The notes beneath the pieces are model-generated. The model worked only from the letters and a program-made list of their open reading frames with translations. It did not search any database and had not been told where the DNA came from. Source: an uncultured delta proteobacterium (GTDB taxonomy: Bacteria > Desulfobacterota > Desulfobacteria > Desulfobacterales > UBA2156). From it: DNA of 64,000 nt. The DNA lies in assembly GCA_963736855.1 (NCBI GenBank), contig CAVTQK010000009.1, forward strand, positions 352,001 through 416,000, given 5' to 3'. Positions 60,426 to 64,000 of the stretch are shown in pieces (position 1 is the stretch's first letter; each line of letters begins with the position of its first letter). The position numbers and the translations under genes were made by a program.

Positions 60426-61980
60426 AATGGAAGTTCAAGCGGTTGAACAACACGTTTTGCCGGAAACCCGAGTAACGCCGTCGCGCTTTCGCAACCCCAT
60501 AGGCAAGCACATGATCATCCGAAGCGATCGATGCACCAACTGCGGGCTTTGCGCGACCCTTTGCCCTTACGATGTGCACCCCGAATACGATGCGTATTCA
60601 CGAGCCCTCAAGCCGAGGAGTCATCGCTGCATCGGTTTTTCCTGCCGACAAAACGATTTTTATTGCATCGAACAGTGTCCTGAAGAGGCCCTGACGCTTA
60701 AATTCAACCCGATCCTGGAGACGTTGGGAGACTTTCGCTGGTCTGCCGAAATGCTCATCGGTCACTGGGAAATGGCTGAAACCGGGCGCTTGCCCTTGGT
60801 TGACCTGGAATATAACTTGGGTTGTTCCGGAGGCGGATTCGATAAAATGCGGTTCCGATACCCGGACCCTGAAGCCTATCTGGATCTTCCGGATGAGGCC
60901 ATCGACACCGAGATCGACCTTAACCGGCGCAGGGACGGCCGTCCCGATAAGAGACTCTCCCTCCCCTGTTACGGCGGCGGTATGTCCTTCGGTTCCACCG
61001 CTTTGTCGGTTATCGTCGGCAGGGCCCGCGCCGCCAAGCGTCTCAACACGCTGACTTGCACGGGAGAGGGGGGATACCCGGTGGAATTCATCCCTTACGC
61101 TGACCATGTCATCACTCAGGTCGCCACCGGTCTGTTCGGCGTCCGGGAAGAGACCATCCTTTTTGCTCCCGTGGTGGAATTCAAGTATGCCCAGGGAGCC
61201 AAACCGGGTTTGGGGGGTCATCTTCTAGGAGACAAGGTCACTCCCGAAGTGGCCGCCATGCGAGGGACCGTGGTGGGTAACGCCCTCTTTTCACCCTTCC
61301 CGTTTCACAGTGTCTACTCAGTAGAAGACCATAAAAAACATGTAGACTGGGTCAAGGAAATCAATCCCAGGGCACTGATTTCGGTAAAGGTCTCCACACC
61401 TACGGACGTGGATATGGTGGCGGTGGGGAGTTACTATGCCGGAGCCCACATCATCCATCTGGACGGAAGTTACGGCGGCACCGGCGCTGCCCCCGACATC
61501 GCCAAAAAGAACATCGCCATGCCCATCGAGTATGCCATTCCCAAGGTACACCGATTCTTGATCCAGGAAGGCGTCCGAGATGAGATCTGTCTCATCGCCA
61601 GCGGTGGAATCCGGAATGCCATGGATGTGGCCAAGGCCATCGCTTTGGGAGCGAACGGGGTGGTCATCGGCACAGCAGAACTGGTGGCACTGGAGTGCGT
61701 TCGATGCGGAAACTGTGAAAGCGGCCGGGGTTGCGCCCGGGGCATCGCCACCACCGACCCGGAGCTAGGAAGCATGATCGCCGAAGAGTGGGCCGAACAG
61801 CGCATCGTCAACATGTATTCGGCATGGCGAAAACAATGGTGCTCTCTTTTGAGACAGTGCGGACTCAAGAGCATCAATGAATTGGTGGGACGGACAGATC
61901 TTCTTGTCCATCTCGATTATCTGGACGAGGCCGAATGCGCCACCTATGCGCCGTCACCTCAAGGACAGGTGATCATCTGA
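60418..61980 (+). CDS. Glutamate synthase FMN-binding subunit (GltB2-like) with N-terminal ferredoxin domain
   Basis: CTNCGLCATLCP, GMSFGS, TGEGG, QVATGLFG, KYAQGAKPGLGGHL.G.KV, GGTGAA, CVRCGNCE..C..GIAT. Start is 60418 or 60427. Confidence 0.9.
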   Translation: MLKMEVQAVEQHVLPETRVTPSRFRNPIGKHMIIRSDRCTNCGLCATLCPYDVHPEYDAYSRALKPRSHRCIGFSCRQNDFYCIEQCPEEALTLKFNPILETLGDFRWSAEMLIGHWEMAETGRLPLVDLEYNLGCSGGGFDKMRFRYPDPEAYLDLPDEAIDTEIDLNRRRDGRPDKRLSLPCYGGGMSFGSTALSVIVGRARAAKRLNTLTCTGEGGYPVEFIPYADHVITQVATGLFGVREETILFAPVVEFKYAQGAKPGLGGHLLGDKVTPEVAAMRGTVVGNALFSPFPFHSVYSVEDHKKHVDWVKEINPRALISVKVSTPTDVDMVAVGSYYAGAHIIHLDGSYGGTGAAPDIAKKNIAMPIEYAIPKVHRFLIQEGVRDEICLIASGGIRNAMDVAKAIALGANGVVIGTAELVALECVRCGNCESGRGCARGIATTDPELGSMIAEEWAEQRIVNMYSAWRKQWCSLLRQCGLKSINELVGRTDLLVHLDYLDEAECATYAPSPQGQVII

Positions 61981-62042
61981 ACCGCTTACAAAAATGCGGG
62001 ACACAACCTGCAGCCATTCACGACAGGGAGTTCAAGACATCC

Positions 62043-64000
62043 ATGGAACCAAGAGCATCCATCATCGACAACCTCTTCAGGTCTCGAAAAAACCTCCCCC
62101 GGCCGAAAGGAGACCATGAAGAGCCTGCCGAAGAAGGCGGGTGCGGGGTTACCGGGTTCATCGCGTCGGTACCGGTATCCGGCCGCCATATCTACGAACC
62201 CTCGGTCCAGATGCATAACCGGGGTAACGGAAAGGGAGGGGGTATCGCCGCCGTGGGCATTTCCGCCGAAAGCCTGGGGGTTCCCCAGAACATCCTGGAT
62301 ACCCATTACCTGCTTCAGATTGCCCTCCTTGACCCGGAATCTCGAAAAAGCGTGGAAGCGGGCTATATCGACGGGCTTCTGGAAGTATACAAAGCCGAAA
62401 AAGTGCCCACCATGGAAAATTATCGCGATGTGGAAGGCCTTACGATCCGGCCGCCCGACGTGTGGCGTTATTTCGTTCGCGTGAAACCGGCGCACCTGGA
62501 TCGGTTTATGACCGAAAACAACCTTCAGGGTATGGACCCCTTGAGGGCCGAGGACGAATTCATCAACCAAAATTCCTTTCGACTCAACCGGGAATTTTAC
62601 GCCTCCACGGGGAAACAGCACGCATTCGTCCTTTCTCACGGAAAAAACATCATGGTCCTCAAGATCGTGGGATATGCCGAACAAGTCGCCCGGTACTACC
62701 TTCTGGAAGACTTCAAGGCTCACGGCTGGATCGCCCATCAGCGTTATCCCACCAAGGGTCGAGTATGGCATCCCGGCGGCGCACACCCTTTCATCGGAAT
62801 GCACGAAGCCCTGGTTCACAACGGTGACTTTGCAAACTATCATGCCGTCAGTGAATACCTTAAGCAGCATGGCATCCTTCCGCTCTTTCAGACGGATACG
62901 GAGGTCTCCATCCTCCTTTTCGACCTGTTGAACCGAACTTTCGGATATCCGCTGGAATACATTATCGAGGCCATGGCACCCACAACGGAATATGATTTCG
63001 ACCTTTTACCTCCCGATAAACAGCGAATTTATCGGCATATCCAATCATGTCACCTGGCGTCGTCTCCGGACGGCCCCTGGTTTTTCATCATCGCCCGAAA
63101 CGACGTGTGTAAGAAGCGCTTTCAACTGATCGGCATCACCGATACCGCCATGCTCAGACCCCAGGTTTTTGCCCTTCAGGAAGACGAAGTTCAAATCGGC
63201 TTGATCTGTTCGGAAAAGCAGGCCATCGATGCAACACTTCAAAGCCTTTCATCGGAAGACCCCCGCTTCGAGCCTATTGCGGATCGGTATTGGAATGCCC
63301 GGGGTGGAAGTGCCGCGGACGGGGGGGCCTTCATCTTTTCAGTCACGGACACGGAGGGGAAGGATAGCGGAAAACGGTTGACATGCACCAATAAATTCGG
63401 GGAACCGGTCAGGATCAACGGACATCTGACATCTTCTGCCGGAGCGATCCGCCTGACCGGGCCGACGGCCGACATGATTTTTAAAGAAGCATTTGAAAAG
63501 CCGACCTCCGGCTCCGTAGAAACGCTGATGGCACGCTGCCGAGAATTTTTGGGCACATGCGACGAGGATGGGCTCCGGGCTTTTTGCAGAAAACTCGAGG
63601 CAGCGGCTAAAAGCGGTGATTTCGAAAAAGAAAGAGGAATTGAAATATTATCTCATCTCATGGACCATCGCTTTCCCCTTGGACAAAAAAGGCGATGCAC
63701 CGTGCTGCGGATTCTCCGGGAAAGCCTTTCCGCCATTTTCGATGCATCTGCAAGGCTTGTAGAATCGGGCTCCGGCGCATACCGATACATCGACTGGTCT
63801 CTTCGCCACACTATCCGGGAGCCCCGAGACGGAGAAAGCACACTGGTGATCCACACCGAAGCGTTTCCGGCCGAGGGAGAAGAATGTGATGCCACTTTCA
63901 TTCGTCGCGCCTATCATTTGGGATGGAAAAGGTTCATCTGTTATGGGTATCGGGGACAGCGGTTTTGTGGGTGCGGGCTTTCAAAAGGATCCGACGGCGT
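62043..64000 (+). CDS. Glutamate synthase-type class II glutamine amidotransferase subunit, continuing into a GXGXG-like domain; 3' partial, absent from the ORF track
   Basis: Translated by hand at the start, middle and end, all in the same frame: MEPRAS..EEGG-C34-GVTG, MHNRGNGKGGG, AHQRYPT, AHPF, VHNGD, ..YRGQRFCGCG at the window end. Confidence 0.88.
   Translation, partial: MEPRASIIDNLFRSRKNLPRPKGDHEEPAEEGGCGVTGFIASVPVSGRHIYEPSVQMHNRGNGKGGGIAAVGISAESLGVPQNILDTHYLLQIALLDPESRKSVEAGYIDGLLEVYKAEKVPTMENYRDVEGLTIRPPDVWRYFVRVKPAHLDRFMTENNLQGMDPLRAEDEFINQNSFRLNREFYASTGKQHAFVLSHGKNIMVLKIVGYAEQVARYYLLEDFKAHGWIAHQRYPTKGRVWHPGGAHPFIGMHEALVHNGDFANYHAVSEYLKQHGILPLFQTDTEVSILLFDLLNRTFGYPLEYIIEAMAPTTEYDFDLLPPDKQRIYRHIQSCHLASSPDGPWFFIIARNDVCKKRFQLIGITDTAMLRPQVFALQEDEVQIGLICSEKQAIDATLQSLSSEDPRFEPIADRYWNARGGSAADGGAFIFSVTDTEGKDSGKRLTCTNKFGEPVRINGHLTSSAGAIRLTGPTADMIFKEAFEKPTSGSVETLMARCREFLGTCDEDGLRAFCRKLEAAAKSGDFEKERGIEILSHLMDHRFPLGQKRRCTVLRILRESLSAIFDASARLVESGSGAYRYIDWSLRHTIREPRDGESTLVIHTEAFPAEGEECDATFIRRAYHLGWKRFICYGYRGQRFCGCGLSKGSDG

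Overview
A 64-kb chromosomal segment from an anaerobic deltaproteobacterium-type organism. Gene content (ahbC/ahbD heme pathway, selenocysteine peroxiredoxin, MvhD/MetVF, split glutamate synthase) suggests Desulfobacterota; this is inference, not a database result. 1-6.6 kb is the right edge of an accessory/defence island: a frameshifted type I R-M hsdR, three uncharacterised genes, fic and an internally deleted rhuM. 6.7-45.8 kb is mostly housekeeping: protease, methyltransferase, amidohydrolase, ClpX-like ATPase, ahbC-hemB-ahbD, YchF-like, ABC exporter, perR-bfr-prxU, tolC-ftsEX-envC-ctpA-yibQ, pyrE, queD, dnaJ, nadB, gmhB, rlpA, lon, hsp20, MFS, dodecin and nfo. 45.9-64 kb is a nitrogen-assimilation cluster: a GAF/NifA-type sigma54 activator, a sigma54-driven glnD-amtB-glnK-glnA operon, glnE, and a divergent operon mvhD-metV-metF followed by a split glutamate synthase. 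Main highlights: (1) this MetVF/MvhD + glutamate synthase operon sits behind a leader with ANTAR-type hairpins overlapping a terminator; (2) an orphan sigma54 promoter appears to drive a ~65-nt anti-Shine-Dalgarno small RNA; (3) a 153-bp MITE occurs three times, once inside perR; (4) a peroxiredoxin is recoded at UGA (Sec) with a clear SECIS hairpin. The scattered single-base frameshifts are probably sequencing/assembly errors. No rRNA, tRNA or CRISPR array was recognised.
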